From Octopus vulgaris (Eukaryota), in contig OX597825.1 in the NCBI GenBank assembly GCA_951406725.2, positions 66,774,001 to 66,838,000 of the forward strand: DNA of 64,000 bases, read 5' to 3'. The stretch's first letter is position 1, and each line of letters begins with the position of its first letter. Below are positions 14,610 to 28,296 of this stretch, one piece after another. The translations under genes and the position numbers were made by a program. Below the pieces are notes generated by a model, which saw only the letters and a program-made list of their open reading frames with translations, made no database searches and had not been told where the DNA came from.

Positions 14610-15195
14610 TATTATGAAGAATCACGGTGAATATCTAATTTCCGACATCATGACTACTGTTCAATGGTCCGTCAACTTTGTAAAGGATGTAGGACGTGAC
14701 ATGGACACCTGCAGCGCAAATTACGAATCTGTTACCAGCAGGAAAGGACACAGCAAGCGTTCTGACTGCGTCCGCACGCCAGACTTTATTCCCACATCTT
14801 TGAACAAGGCCTTGTGTGATGGAGAGAGTTGTTGCTGGAAGGCTATATCCGTTACAATACTTCCGAAAATAGACAGAAATGATTATCAGAGAATTTCTAC
14901 GACTTCATTTGCCTAAATTTCTGGCCTCCTAATTCTGCGATTATAATTCTACTTATCACTATGTTCTGCTTGCAACACCAAGGCCGAGCTGGTGGCCAAA
15001 ATCAAGGTGTTGGAAGACCTTCCCAGGTGGGGCACATTTTGAAAAGCATGCGGCAGGTCCCGGAACCGTGTTCAGGCAGTGGTAGAAACTGTGGGCGGCT
15101 ACTTTGAATAAATTGTTACTGTCCAGCCAAAATCTAGTTGATATATTTTTAAATTTTAAAACATTTTTATTCAGTCTTAGTCCGAACACACTATA
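14610..15195 (+). pseudogene. Tc1/mariner (maT/DD37D-like) transposase remnant
   Basis: FWPPNS motif at about 14918, CNTKAELVAKIK, C-terminal ACGRSRNRVQAVVETVGGYFE*. Confidence 0.7.
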
Positions 15196-15239
15196 TATGC
15201 GTATATATACACACGCATGCACACATGGATATATAGATA

Positions 15240-15451
15240 TCTCTTTTACTCTTTTACTTGTTTCAGTCATTTGACTGTGGCCATGCTGGAGCACCGCTTT
15301 TAGTCGAGCAAATTGAGCCCAGGACTTATTCTTTGTACGCCTAGTACGTATTCTATCGGGCTCTTTTGCCGAACCGCTAAGTTACGGGGACGTAAATACA
15401 CCAGCAACGGTTGTCAAGCGATATTGGGGGAGGGGACAAACAGACACACAA

Positions 15452-15502
<51 letters not shown>

Positions 15503-15675
15503 GATATATGCGACGGGCTTCTTTCAGTTTCCGTCTACCAAATCCACTCACAAGGCTTGGGTCAGCCCGAGGCTATAGTAGAAGACACTTGCCCAAGGTG
15601 TCATGCAGTGGGACTGAACCCGGAACCGTGCGGTTCGTAAGCAAGCTACTTACCACACAGCCACTCCTACGCCTA
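15240..15675 (-). mobile_element. SINE family A, full length
   Basis: Reverse complement of the family A consensus. Confidence 0.9.
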
Positions 15676-16560
15676 TAGTTAATTATTTTTATAGGCGTTT
15701 GGAAAAAGTACATAATGCAATATAGCTCATGCATATATATATTCATACATATATAAATATATAAAATACACACACACACACATATACATTCATACAAGCA
15801 TCCATGCATGCATACATACACACACATACATGCATATACATGATTGATTTCGTATCGTAATCGGTTAGTTAAGCACAATTCATTTATGTTATGTTTACAA
15901 TTTTCGATACGAACCACGTCCACCGTGATTCTGTACAAAATCTATGACTCTGAACTGCAATTAAGATATGTTCCTGAAATATGAGACTGTTGGACGCTAG
16001 GTTGTCGGCATATATATATGACAAAATTTGCGTCTTTGAACTTCCATCACTAAATGTTTTGACAAGGTCATTTAAAATCCATAAAAGAGATGTTGAGGGT
16101 ATATCCTGTTTCGCGTGGAACCGTCAATAGAAATAGAAGAAGGATGTGCCACAACTTGAGTTATAAACCGTTTTCTCTTCGCCGAATGTTAGGAGGAAGT
16201 GTATAAATGCATTTGATAATGAATCCATGACGAAAATCTCATTTTCCGTTATTTACCTCTCTGTTTGATTATCGCTCTCGCTGTTATCTGTCTCTGTCTC
16301 TAACCGTCTCTCAACCACTTCCGTCTCTTCCTCACCATTTCTCTCTCTCTTTCACTCAATTTATCTCTGTTTTCATACCGTGTTATCTTTTTTAGTGTAA
16401 AACAATCGAAACTAAATGTAAATGTGAATTAACGTTACGAAATGTATTACTTCGTTAAGATGTGATATTGAATTAGAAAATGAATTGATTCTAGCAACAT
16501 ATTAGATGTTACGTTTTATTGGCATAATAATATTAACGTCAGAATAGTGTTCAATATCTG

Positions 16561-16745
<185 letters not shown>

Positions 16746-18459
16746 AGAGAGAAAGGGAAGAAAATTAATTAAAATATATGTACATTTAAGCTTCTAAATA
16801 TATCGGGTATAGCATAATTCATGTGACTGATATTAAAATATATATCGTATCAGATTGTAGGTAAATATTCAATATTTCATATGTTACATACAATTATCAG
16901 AGGTAAAAGGGCCTTTATAATCATACATATTTAATTTACATTAGCATCGTGTAATGTGGCTTGCGTAAAATAAACAATATCCTTCAGAATAAAGGAAACG
17001 GCGAAAAATATGCGTGATATATACGTTTTGACAGTATATCTAAGAGAATAAATCTACATGAATTAATATCACAGTGTGCTTAGCTTCGTTAAGAAGAGGC
17101 TAAATATTAGTTTAGGCTTTGAGTTAGAAGCAGTTCTAATACTGTAAATATTAATGATGAGATATACTTAACGTATGTGTTTTGTTTAAATGCTTACATG
17201 CTGCGGTAGTTCGTTCAGAGAAAGTCCCTTTAAGACATAGCGTGTTAAAAAAATACTGTATACCACCAAACCAGACTAAACAAATCACCGTTTAGATAAA
17301 TGAATACGGTAGACAGAGGTATTTTGCTGTTATTTCAGCCCATCAGTACTTTAGTTTTACTTTTGTGGAGCGCTGTTGTACATCGACATATAGCCTTTAC
17401 GTTATCTGCCTATAGCGCAGACCCGCGACTTGAATTATAGCCAATTGCTATAAGATTCAAGAATAATACTATAAAGAAACACACGGCAGGTGTTATATAC
17501 ACACACCTTGGTGAAGAGTAATTATAGAGAAATAAAATTGTTGTACCAGATCCAGAAAACAAAGGAAAAAGTTAAGGGCCAGAATTAGCCTATATGAGAT
17601 GCAGTTCAGTTTCGTGCCAGGACACCATCATCCTCATCAGGACATCATCGTCGTTGACCTGGAGAGACCCTTACACGGGGTCTCTCACTCTCTGATCTGG
17701 TCGTTGCCAAGGAAGCTACAAGTAGACAAATCCTACAGGCCATGTGCATATGTCCTATCATCAATATAAAAGTTAGCAACAATTACACTCTGAATCCAGT
17801 GTGCGGGTAGGTATTCAGTACTCAGTTAACTTTTATTTAATCCAGATTTCTTGGCCACTGCAGGTGACTTTAAGACTGGCTGCTGATGAGCTGGATGTTA
17901 TAGCTGAACTGAGGAAAAACTTAAAGCATTACTATGTAGGAATCCCGAAAAGCAGGAAACCCGATATGTAGAAAAAAAATTGGTGGACATTATGTACGGT
18001 ATATTTAATGCAAACTACGGAAACACAAGGGGTGTAGGAAGGTTAACAGAGAAACCAAACGTTGTATGTGGTGGGAGCAATATGCTCCTAAGATCACACG
18101 GGATTCTCTGAAATGATCAAAGATGGAACTAGTATCCAACCAGAAAAAATCATATTCACATCCCAACGCTTGTGCAATGTACACTAGGAATGTAGAAACA
18201 AAGTACAGAGAAGGAAATGCAATAGTATTTTAAACAGCGTAAAAACAGCCGATCAACAGTTCAAATCTCGGATAGGTTTTAGAAGTATTATATTTCAGTG
18301 ACCCACAAAACATGGACCCTCACTTGGCCAACACACAAAAACTCATCATGGAAGATTTTGGAATTTCTAACCTCGAATAATACCATAAAGAAGCACGCGG
18401 CAGGTGTTATCAGGTTAGTGGAGTAGCCTGATCAATGCAAGTGGATATCTAACTTTTAT

Positions 18460-18799
18460 GGAAGCACTCCGTCGGAACAGACTGCTCGTGAAATTAACGT
18501 GTAAGTGGCTGAGCACTCCACAGACACGTGCACCCTTAAACGTAGTTCTCGGGGATATTCAGCGTGACACAGAGAGTGACAAGGCCGGCTCTTTGAAATA
18601 CAGGTACAACAAAAACAGGAAGTAAGAGTGAGAGAAAGTTGTGGTGAAAGAGTACAGCAGGGATCACCACCATCCCCTGCCGGAGATCGTGGAGCTTTTA
18701 GGTGTTTTCGCTCAATAAACACTCACAACGCCCGGTCTGGGACTCGAAACCGCGATCCTACGACCGTGAGTCCGCTGCCCTAATCACTGGGCCATTGCA
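18460..18799 (-). mobile_element. SINE family D with 11-bp TSD
   Basis: tRNA-like head CAATGGCCCAGTG..GGTTTCGAGTCCC; TSD CTAACTTTTAT at 18449-18459 and 18800-18810. Confidence 0.85.
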
Positions 18800-18849
18800 C
18801 TAACTTTTATATAAATATCTTGTTTTCAGTGTATTTTTTTTTTGCTCAA

Positions 18850-20105
18850 AAGCTGCGAGCTGCTAGAATCTTTAGCACAGCTGGAAAAATGGTTAGCGGC
18901 ATTTCGTTTGCCGTTACGTTCTGAGTCCAAATTCCGTCGAGGTCGACTTTACCTTGCATCCTTTCGGAGTCGATTAAATAAGTAACAGTTACGCACTGTG
19001 GTCGACATAATCGACTTAATCCGTTTGTCTGTCCTTTTTTGTCCTCTCTGTGTTTAGCCACTTGTGGGTAGTAAAGAAATAGGCATTTCGTCCATCAGCA
19101 CCTTCTAAGTTCAAATTCTGCCAAGGTCGATTTTGCCTTTCATCCTTTTCGGGGATGATAATATAAATACCGGTTAAGGCCGCGAGCTGGCAGAAACGTA
19201 AGCACGCCGGGTGAAAGCGGTATTTCGTCTGTCTTTATGTCCTGAGTTCAAATTCCGCCGAGATCGACTTTGCCTTTTATCCTTTCGGGGGCGATAACTT
19301 AAGTACTATTTACGCACTGGAATCGATGTAATCGACTTAATCTCTTTGTCTGTCCTTGTTTGTCTCCTCTATGTTTAGCCCCTTGTGTGCAATAACGAAA
19401 TAAGAAACGTTAGCACTGGGTGAAATGCTTAGCGGTATTTCGTCTGCCGCTACGTTCTGAGTTCAAATTCCGCCGAGGTCGACTTTGCCTTTCATCCTTT
19501 CGGGGTCGATAAATTAAGTACCAGTTACGCACTGGGGTCGATATAATCGACTTAATCCGTTTGTCTGTCCTTGTTTGTCACCTCTATGTTTAGCCCCTTG
19601 TGGATAGTAAAGAAATAAGCAATCTTAGCACGCTGGGTGAAATGCTTAGCGATATTTCGTCTGTCTTTACGTTCTGAGTTCAAATTCCACCGAGGTCGAT
19701 TTGCTTTTCATCCTTTCGGGGTCGATAAATTAAGCTCCAGTTGCGTAGTGGGGTCGATCTAATCGACTTTCCCTCTCCCAAAATTTCGGGCTCTGTGCCT
19801 AGAGAAGCAAAGACTATAAAGTACCGGCTGAATACTGGGGGCCAATGCAAACAATTGGCTTTGTGCCTATAGGAGAAAGGATTATAATTTTTTGGTTCGT
19901 TGTGTGACAAAATCAATAAAACAGTGGACAAATTAATGCCTTTCATCAATTTACTTTCTGAGCAAAAAATGTCGCCGAGGTCAACTTTATCGGTCAATCT
20001 CTCGATGTTCGATAAAATAAATTCCAGTTGAGCACCGGGGTCAAAGTAATCAACTTGCTTTCTTCCTTCACAATTGCTGGCTTTCTGTGAAAATTAGAAC
20101 GAGAA
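18850..20105 (+). mobile_element. Tandem cluster of about 6 SINE family B units
   Basis: Repeated GAGTTCAAATTC..GTCGACTTTGCCTTTCATCCTTTCGGGG units, head to tail. Confidence 0.85.
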
Positions 20106-20107
20106 GC

Positions 20108-20632
<525 letters not shown>

Positions 20633-21229
20633 CGACAAATTCTTCGTCGTTGTTTTGTTTGTGTGTATATTGTGTGTATGGGTGAGCGCATATGTTTCAA
20701 CTATACGGCACTAAAAACAAACAAAAATGCTATTTTTATTCTGTGATTGCAATCTCTTCACGGTTAGTTTATCCTGTTTGTCGTTTGATACTGGCAAAAT
20801 GTTTGCCATAGACGTACAGTCTAGCTCATTGACAGACACCAGCTGACCTCTGTATATCTCAAAAGAAAAACTATCATCATTCTGTAGATATTATGTTTCT
20901 ATCGAAATGAAGAACGTTAATAGGACGAGCATCGTTCAAACCATTTGACTGGTAAATTGGAAATTAATAGAGACGAAAACAAAACGAAGCATAATACCGT
21001 TTCAGGAAAGCGGTATTGGAATTGGTAGATCGGCAGAAAAATCAGTTAATGATACTAAGGTTCAGGGTTCAAATCCCGTGCAGTTCAATTTTCATACGCA
21101 TCAATATCTCTTCCCCACTCTCTCTCCTATACTATTTCTGGCTTTGTATTAATGTAAGAATTTTAATGTTTTTATTTCGAAGTCAGGGTGTTGGTATTGG
21201 TAAACCAATAAACCGTATATTTATCTTTT

Positions 21230-21429
21230 TTCCTTTTATTTGTTTGAAGCCGCTGGATTCCGGCCATGTTGGAGCACTGCTCTGTCTTGAAGGGTTTAGT
21301 CGAACAAATCTAACACCTTACTCAGTTTTGAAAATTTGGTACTTATTCTGTTCGTTTCTTTTTCCGAATCGCTAAGTTGCTGGGACGTAAACAAAACGAC
21401 GTCGGTTGTCAAGCAGTGGGGAGACAAAC

Positions 21430-21466
<37 letters not shown>

Positions 21467-21612
21467 CACACAACGTCTACCAAATTCACTCACAAAACAT
21501 CGGTTGGCTCCAGGTCGTAGTACAGAACACTTGTACAAGGTGGCGCGCAATGGGACTGAACCCGAGATCACGCGGTTACAAAGCGAGCTTCTTAACCACA
21601 CAGCCATAACTG
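21230..21612 (-). mobile_element. SINE family A, diverged
   Basis: Similarity to family A. Confidence 0.7.
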
Positions 21613-21916
21613 CACTTACAAAGTTGTGCTCCTTTATATTCTAAGTTCAAATAGCGCTTGGGTAAAATTTCTTTAAATCGTTATCGGCCAACTAATTACA
21701 CAGTTATTAATTTCTGGTACCAACTAAATATCAAACACTCCTCCTCTTATAAAAATTAATGACTTTCTGTCGTGTTGTCTGTTGAGTTGTTACAATTTAT
21801 GATTTGCTGGTTTCAATAGCCAATGGGAACGTTTTAAATTCAGATATAATTTTAAAAATTCCTTTGAAATATGAGGATTATATTGATATTCATTCAATTG
21901 TTCGTCTTGTATTTAA

Positions 21917-21948
<32 letters not shown>

Positions 21949-22101
21949 CCAACACTTAATGTGGGGAGCTTGCAGAATCGCTTACTGGCAGGAATTTCGT
22001 CTGAGTATAAATTTCGCAGAGATCGACTTCACCTTTCATCGTTTCGGGGGTCGGTGAAATAAGTAACAGTTGAGCAAAATGTCGGGCATTGAGCCTATAG
22101 T

Positions 22102-22427
22102 TTTGTTTTATTTTTTCGCCCTTTTCAAGTCTAGTCAGGCTCATGTGTCCGGTTTCTGTGGCGTATGTGTTCCCCCCCCCAGCTGGAGAGGACGCCAGTC
22201 CATTACACCTTTATTCAAGAAACAGGAAGAGAGAGTGAGAGAAAGTTGTGGCGAAAAAGTACAACAAGGGTCGCCACCGCCCCCTGATTGAGCTTCGTGG
22301 AGCTTTTAGGTGTTTTTGCTCAATAAACATCTAAACAATAAACACCCAGACAACGCCCCTGGGAATCGAAACCGCGATTCTCCGACTGCGAGTCCACTGC
22401 CCTAACCACTGAGCCATTGCGCCTCCA
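22102..22427 (-). mobile_element. SINE family D nested in the tail of a diverged family B copy, 15-bp TSD
   Basis: TSD CATTGAGCCTATAGT at 22087-22101 and 22428-22442; host B copy spans 21960-22455. Confidence 0.85.
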
Positions 22428-23870
22428 CATTGAGCCTATAGTAGAAAGGATTATTTAATGCGGCGAGCTGGAGCAATCCTTAGCACACCAGACAAAATGC
22501 CTAACAGAAATTCTTCCGTCTTTATGTCCTAAAATTACACTGAGATTAAATTCAGCTGAGGTCATCTTTGCTTGCTATCTTTTCGGGGTCGATAAATTAA
22601 GTTTTAGGACAGATTATTATTTCTGTCCTGGTAAAACCTAATCGAGAAAAACTATGATAAAAGCTTTTCCAGTACGAACCATACTCTCTATTTTCAGGGT
22701 ACAACTTTAATAATTAGACCTTCTTTTCGAGGAGGTAGGATCTGATCAAAAAGAAATTAGGTTGTTATTTCTAGGAATTCAATTGATTACTCAGAATTTT
22801 CCCGACCCACTTCTTTGTCTCAAGCTGTTTAGTTATTTCAAGTTGTGGTCAATGATGAGTTAAATTTAGTCTTTTAAATGAAGTGAAATCGTATGCTAGC
22901 TTCGAAGCCAAGCTGTGATGTTACTTTATTTACGTACACGATATTCATATGAAATTTTAATGACCATTTACCCATTTTAGTTCTAAATCAGTAACAACTT
23001 CATATAAACAACAGAAATTTAAAATCATTTTGAATTATTGATCAGTACTGTGATGGCTGCAAATTCACAGTAAGCACTTAATGTTACTTAAAATGATAAC
23101 AAATGATGATTTACTTCAGTCCCTTTCTAGTGATATAAGAAGCACGCAGAAATACAGCGATAAATACTGTCTATGAATTTCTCTCACAATCGTGCAACCC
23201 AATTCCCACCTCCTATATTTACATTTCTAAGCATTATAAGCCAGAATTTTGGAAGCGTTTCTTATGCCTATATTACAAATAGCAGCGTAATTGTTTATAA
23301 TGCAAACCGTAAATCATGTCTTTTGCCGCTAAATAGAAATTATTAATTATTAAAAACCTTGTAAATATCTGAATCTTACGCGTTAAATTGCTTCGAAAAT
23401 TAATCTTAACGAGAGGGACGTGTGCAAATTAAACGTTTTTATAAATGTTGTATCTATCTTTATTTCTTATATTTTGCTTGCTCCATTCATTGGACTACGA
23501 CCATGCTGCGACCCCCATCTTTAAGGGTCCAGTCGAAAAATCCGACGGCTGTATTAAATTTGTATATATCTGTCGCTTATTATAATCTATTGCTATTGAG
23601 AAACTGCTAACTTACGGACACATAAAGGAATCAAAACCGGTTAACAAGCAAATGGGTTCAAACATAAAGACATACACAAATGTAAATACACAGTTTCATA
23701 TTGTTTCATGTGCATGTATACATTTTCATGTGCATGTATACATATATATGTATATATATACATATATACATATCTATGTATATATGTATATATAAATATA
23801 CATGTATACATGCATATCTACATATATATATACGCATACATATATACATATATATATACACATACATATA

Positions 23871-23925
<55 letters not shown>

Positions 23926-23956
23926 TTAAAAAAGGAGATGTGGAACACGAATTGTG

Positions 23957-24271
23957 ATATATAAAAAAGGAAATGAAGAAAATGCTGACAAAATAATTTA
24001 AGTAATTTAAGTAATTTAATTAGGTGAAAGTTCTTTTTACCGGTTGCGCATTTGTTATGCTTATCAAAAGATGTTCTTTTAAGAGAGATAGAGTTACTTT
24101 CTGATAGATTTTTGAGGAAAAAATCTATCAGAAAGTAACTCTATCTCTCTTAAAAAATCATCTTTTGATAAGCATAACAAATAACCGGTAAAAAGAACTT
24201 TCACCTAATTAAATTACTTAAATTACTTAAATTATTTTGTCAGCATTTTCTTCATTTCCTTTTTTATATAT
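23957..24271. repeat. About 155-bp near-perfect inverted repeat with a 4-5 nt spacer, within (TA)n
   Basis: Arms 23957-24113 and 24119-24271 are reverse complements. Confidence 0.9.
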
Positions 24272-24294
24272 ATATATACATATACATATGTGAC

Positions 24295-24497
24295 CTCGTG
24301 AGTACCGCCAGCGATTTTTTTTTCCTCTGTCTTCCCTTCTCGGGATCTTTCCTTCTCTTATGTTTCCGACGAAGAGCTCCGCTCGAAACGTTAAACCCTC
24401 CTTCTTCCCTTCTTTCCTGAGCGTCCAATAATACTTTATTTGTTCCACGTCCTCGCGTTGCTGTGTTTTTTTTTGTGTTTTCTTGTTTGGATTAACT
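24295..24497 (+). mobile_element. HHR element family H1 copy 2 (HHR at 24362-24396)
   Basis: HHR identical to 8401-8435; followed by (TA)n. Confidence 0.85.
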
Positions 24498-24754
24498 ATA
24501 TATATATATATATATACATACATACATATACATATAACAATTGCAGCATGGAGGTGCAGCACGGATTTTTGTCAGTGAACAGGTCGCGGTCTTAAAGCGA
24601 CGAAAATATTTTGACAAATTAAACTTAAATGATGAAGTGAATCGAACGGCTTTTGTGTGTTTCTTAAATGGCTTACAAACACCTTCCACGCTGCAATTGT
24701 TTTTGTTCCAGCACACGATCTCAGATCAAATCACTTGCTATGCAAGTACATCTC

Positions 24755-24811
<57 letters not shown>

Positions 24812-25644
24812 GTGTGTATGTGTTTGTGTGTGTGTGTATATATATATATTTATATATTGTTCACAATAATGTTTGTAGATTGATTCCAACGTTACCTTTC
24901 CGTAACCTAGTGGTTCGGTATAAAGTGTCCGATAGAGTAAGTAACCATGCTCAAAACAAGATGTACTCAGATCAATTTGTCCAGCTAAATCCATGAAGGC
25001 GGTGCCTGGCTGTAGTCCATCCCATGACCGAAAAATCTCTAATCATAAATTGGTTGCATTTACATTATTTAGAGACTGTCCATATCTCTGCCGTTAAAGA
25101 GTGCTTTTAGTTAGAATATAAAAATGCGTGCACCTTATTCTCGTTTCAGGTGATCAATCAAATAATTTGGTATCTGATTTGTCACGTGATAAATAAAACT
25201 TTATATATATAATACATAAATAGTTCTTGCAGGTGTGAATAAACACATTTCTCTCAGACAGAGAAAAATAATTCGTGGTAAGGAACCACATAATTTTGAT
25301 ATATGTCCTTTGTTCCTTTGAATTCTATTAGGGATAATTGCTTACTTTAATGTACAACAGTCATATAATTTAGCTACAACATATGGTCCTAAATACATAC
25401 ATATACGTGTATGTGTTTCTGTGTGCACGCGTGTATTAATATGCATGTATGTATCTTATGATTATACATGCGTGTTGTGGATGTGTAACAATGGTGAAAT
25501 GACGAAAACTTTGTTTCTGAACTTTTCTTCTGGAAAGTTCATAGTACACTGGAATAATGCACATGTCCACGTTTCTATCTCAGTAAACAATTACCTGACA
25601 GAGATGGGTATCAGAACTCTCTCTCACCCTACCTAGATTCCATA

Positions 25645-25822
25645 CGCGGAAACGCGTGGCTTAGTGGACTCATGATCTTAAGATTGTGATTTCGATTCCT
25701 GGACCGAGCGACGTTTTCTGTTCTTGCGCAAAGTACTTCATTTCACATTGCTCCTGTCCACAACGATGGCAAAAATGAGTAATCCTGCAACGGACAAGTG
25801 TCCCCCTCCAGTTGGGGAATAT
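25645..25822 (+). mobile_element. Diverged tRNA-derived SINE fragment
   Basis: GCGTGGCTTAGTGG..TTCGATTCCTGG box-like motifs; related minus-strand copy at about 41990-42150. Confidence 0.45.
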
Positions 25823-25827
25823 ATATG

Positions 25828-25861
<34 letters not shown>

Positions 25862-25865
<4 letters not shown>

Positions 25866-26045
25866 AGAATTCACAAAAAAACAAAAGACGAAGCCATGTT
25901 GTGTAGACAACAAACAGATGTATTAGTATAACGCTCGGGAAGTGAAAAAGTCTTTAACGTTTCGAGCCTACGCTCTTCCACAGAAAGGAACACAGAAAAA
26001 AACAAGGAGAGAAAATTAAGAATGTGTAGTGGCTAGCGATCTATG
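25862..26045 (-). mobile_element. HHR element family H2 (sister of H1); HHR motif at 25952-25987
   Basis: CTTT-CTGTGGA-A-GAGC(GTAG)GCTC-GAA-ACGT-T-AAAG; abuts (TA)n. Confidence 0.7.
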
Positions 26046-27289
26046 ATACACACACACATACACGCACACAATTCAAACATACAGACATATCTGAATGTGT
26101 GTATGTGTGTGTGTGTCTGTGTCTGTGTCTGCGAGTGTGTGTGTGTGTGAAATCTAGCTAGAAAATACTACTGATGTTATTGCTTGTATCAGTAAGCATT
26201 TCAGTATACATCTTACAGTAGTATAAAACCAAAATATACAGACGGATAAGCAGAGTTGATTGAACTGACTTGTAGCATATTTCTGGTACTTATTCTAATG
26301 ACTTCTGCGTATGAAAAACAAAGGTATAATCAATCTCAGTGCATCGAATCGTAAAGAGACGCAACAGAGTGCTGAGAATTGATATGTGTATAGAACGAGT
26401 GAGTCTGTCATAAAACCTCAAATTTACAGAGGAAGCAAATAAATTACATCGAATCCAATACTTTTATTGATATTAAGTTTATCACATTGGGGATGTTTAA
26501 TGGAATATTCAACATCGATTGGATTCGTTCGTGCAAAATCCTGAGACAAAATACCATCAAAATCATTTTATACGACGTGGTTAAGTTTTTGAAAAACGAC
26601 TGTAGTTTATGAAATCTCTGCAATTTCCTTTAATCAGTGATGTTAAGATGGTTGAAGGTAAACAATTTAGAAATAGCAAAAGCTTAAAAGCAAAAAAGCA
26701 CGTAGTTGAGAAGTTAATCAAACAAAGCCGCAAAACATATTTTCTGTTGGAAAAATATACGAGTTGGTATGTTAGGGAAAATAAATATTTAAGAGTCAAT
26801 ATAAAATAATTTCCAATCCAATGAATAATAATAATAATAATAATTGCACGGGTATAGAAATGGTTAATTATAAATTCGGTAATCTATTTTAGAAAATGTT
26901 ATTTAAATATTTTTATTGGATTTTCATCTTTTTCGGAAACGAAATATATAAAAATATTGTTTGGTCGATGTAATTGTGTGGGTTTATAATGCAATCAATG
27001 ACTGAAAGAGGTTATTAAAAGCAGTGATTAAAAAAGATTATTTTAATGTATTATTTTGAGTTTTTTAATAACCTGCAATGGCTGCAGTTATGAAAGTTGT
27101 ACTAAACGCAAACGCAATCGGGAATATATTTATTGTTTTGTAAATTTATAACAATGATTAAAGATTTCAATGAATTCTATTTCGATTGTTACCTTCTTTC
27201 TCGCAACATATACTTACATACAAACATGTAAGTCATTTTTAACGGTAGAACTCGAAGTAGATAAAGCTATCGATAGTGTTCAGCAAGAT

Positions 27290-27475
27290 CAGGGAAGAGG
27301 CTAAGTCGATTACATCAACTCCCAGTGCTCAACTGGTACTTACTTTGTTGAGCTCGAAAGGATGAAATGCAAAGTTAATATCGGTGGAATTTGAACTTAC
27401 AATGTAAGTAAAGATGAGCAAAATGACACTAAGCATTTTGTTCGGAGTGTTAACGATTATACCATCTCGCCACCT
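27290..27475 (-). mobile_element. SINE family B, diverged
   Basis: GTCGATTACATC..AACTGGTACTT..GAAAGGATGAAA..GGAATTTGAAC. Confidence 0.7.
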
Positions 27476-27780
27476 GAGAGAAAGCTATAAATAATAGTAC
27501 GTAAATATAGGTGTTAAAAATTCCTTTGAACAAAAAGAAGACGAGGGTATCTGTAAATATGATAGACATCCTAGTACGAACAACATCCTACAACGGACCT
27601 TTTTAAAAATTCAAAGTGTTGTTTCTTACTCATTGTTTACACGTTACTATTTATGGAGTTATTTACTTCGAGTTCAATCTTTATAAACGAATTATTTCCC
27701 TTTCTCTCGAAGTTTCTAAATTCTTATGTCGTAAAAAATATAAAAACACACACACATATATCTGGAAAAGGGTATGTGTG

Positions 27781-27878
<98 letters not shown>

Positions 27879-28036
27879 CGTGAATGGGTGAATGGATGGG
27901 TGCATGCATTTATTACATTCACACATTTAGCAGTACCAATGAATAATAAAAAAGTGTGCTTAATTGATGAAAGGCACTACTTTGTCCACTGTTTTATTCA
28001 CATAACGAACAAAAAAGTAGAGTATATAGTTTATAT

Positions 28037-28296
28037 CAGTGACTCCCAAATGTTTTCGGGCTGCCACCCACTTGGCACCCAGGCCATTTTCCAAGCGCCT
28101 CCAACCCCAACTAAACCATCACAAACAGACCGCTTTCTGAAGCAAATTTAAAGCAACTGTATTTCAAAAATAAAACTTAACCTAATGAACACATTATTTT
28201 GTTTTTACATAAATCTCTACCCCACTTTTCTTAATGCCCCCTTGGAACTTTTCACCGCCTCCAATGGGGTCATACCACCCACTTTGAGAACCACTG
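28037..28296. mobile_element. hAT-like MITE
   Basis: TIRs CAGTGACTCCCAAA / TTTGAGAACCACTG; 8-bp TSD GTTTATAT / GTTCATAT. Confidence 0.75.

Noticed and set aside
17878-17915. CTGATGA-GCTG..TAGC-TGAAC hammerhead-like string
   Set aside because: Lacks GAAA, helix III and a stem I partner.
18850-19810. Regularly recurring repeats resembling a CRISPR-like array
   Set aside because: The units are whole SINE copies without unique equal-length spacers, and the context is eukaryotic.
24536-24702. 21-bp inverted repeat AACAATTGCAGCATGGAGGTG / CACCTTCCACGCTGCAATTGTT
   Set aside because: Probably a small non-autonomous DNA element, but it is single-copy here with no TSD, so it is not classifiable.
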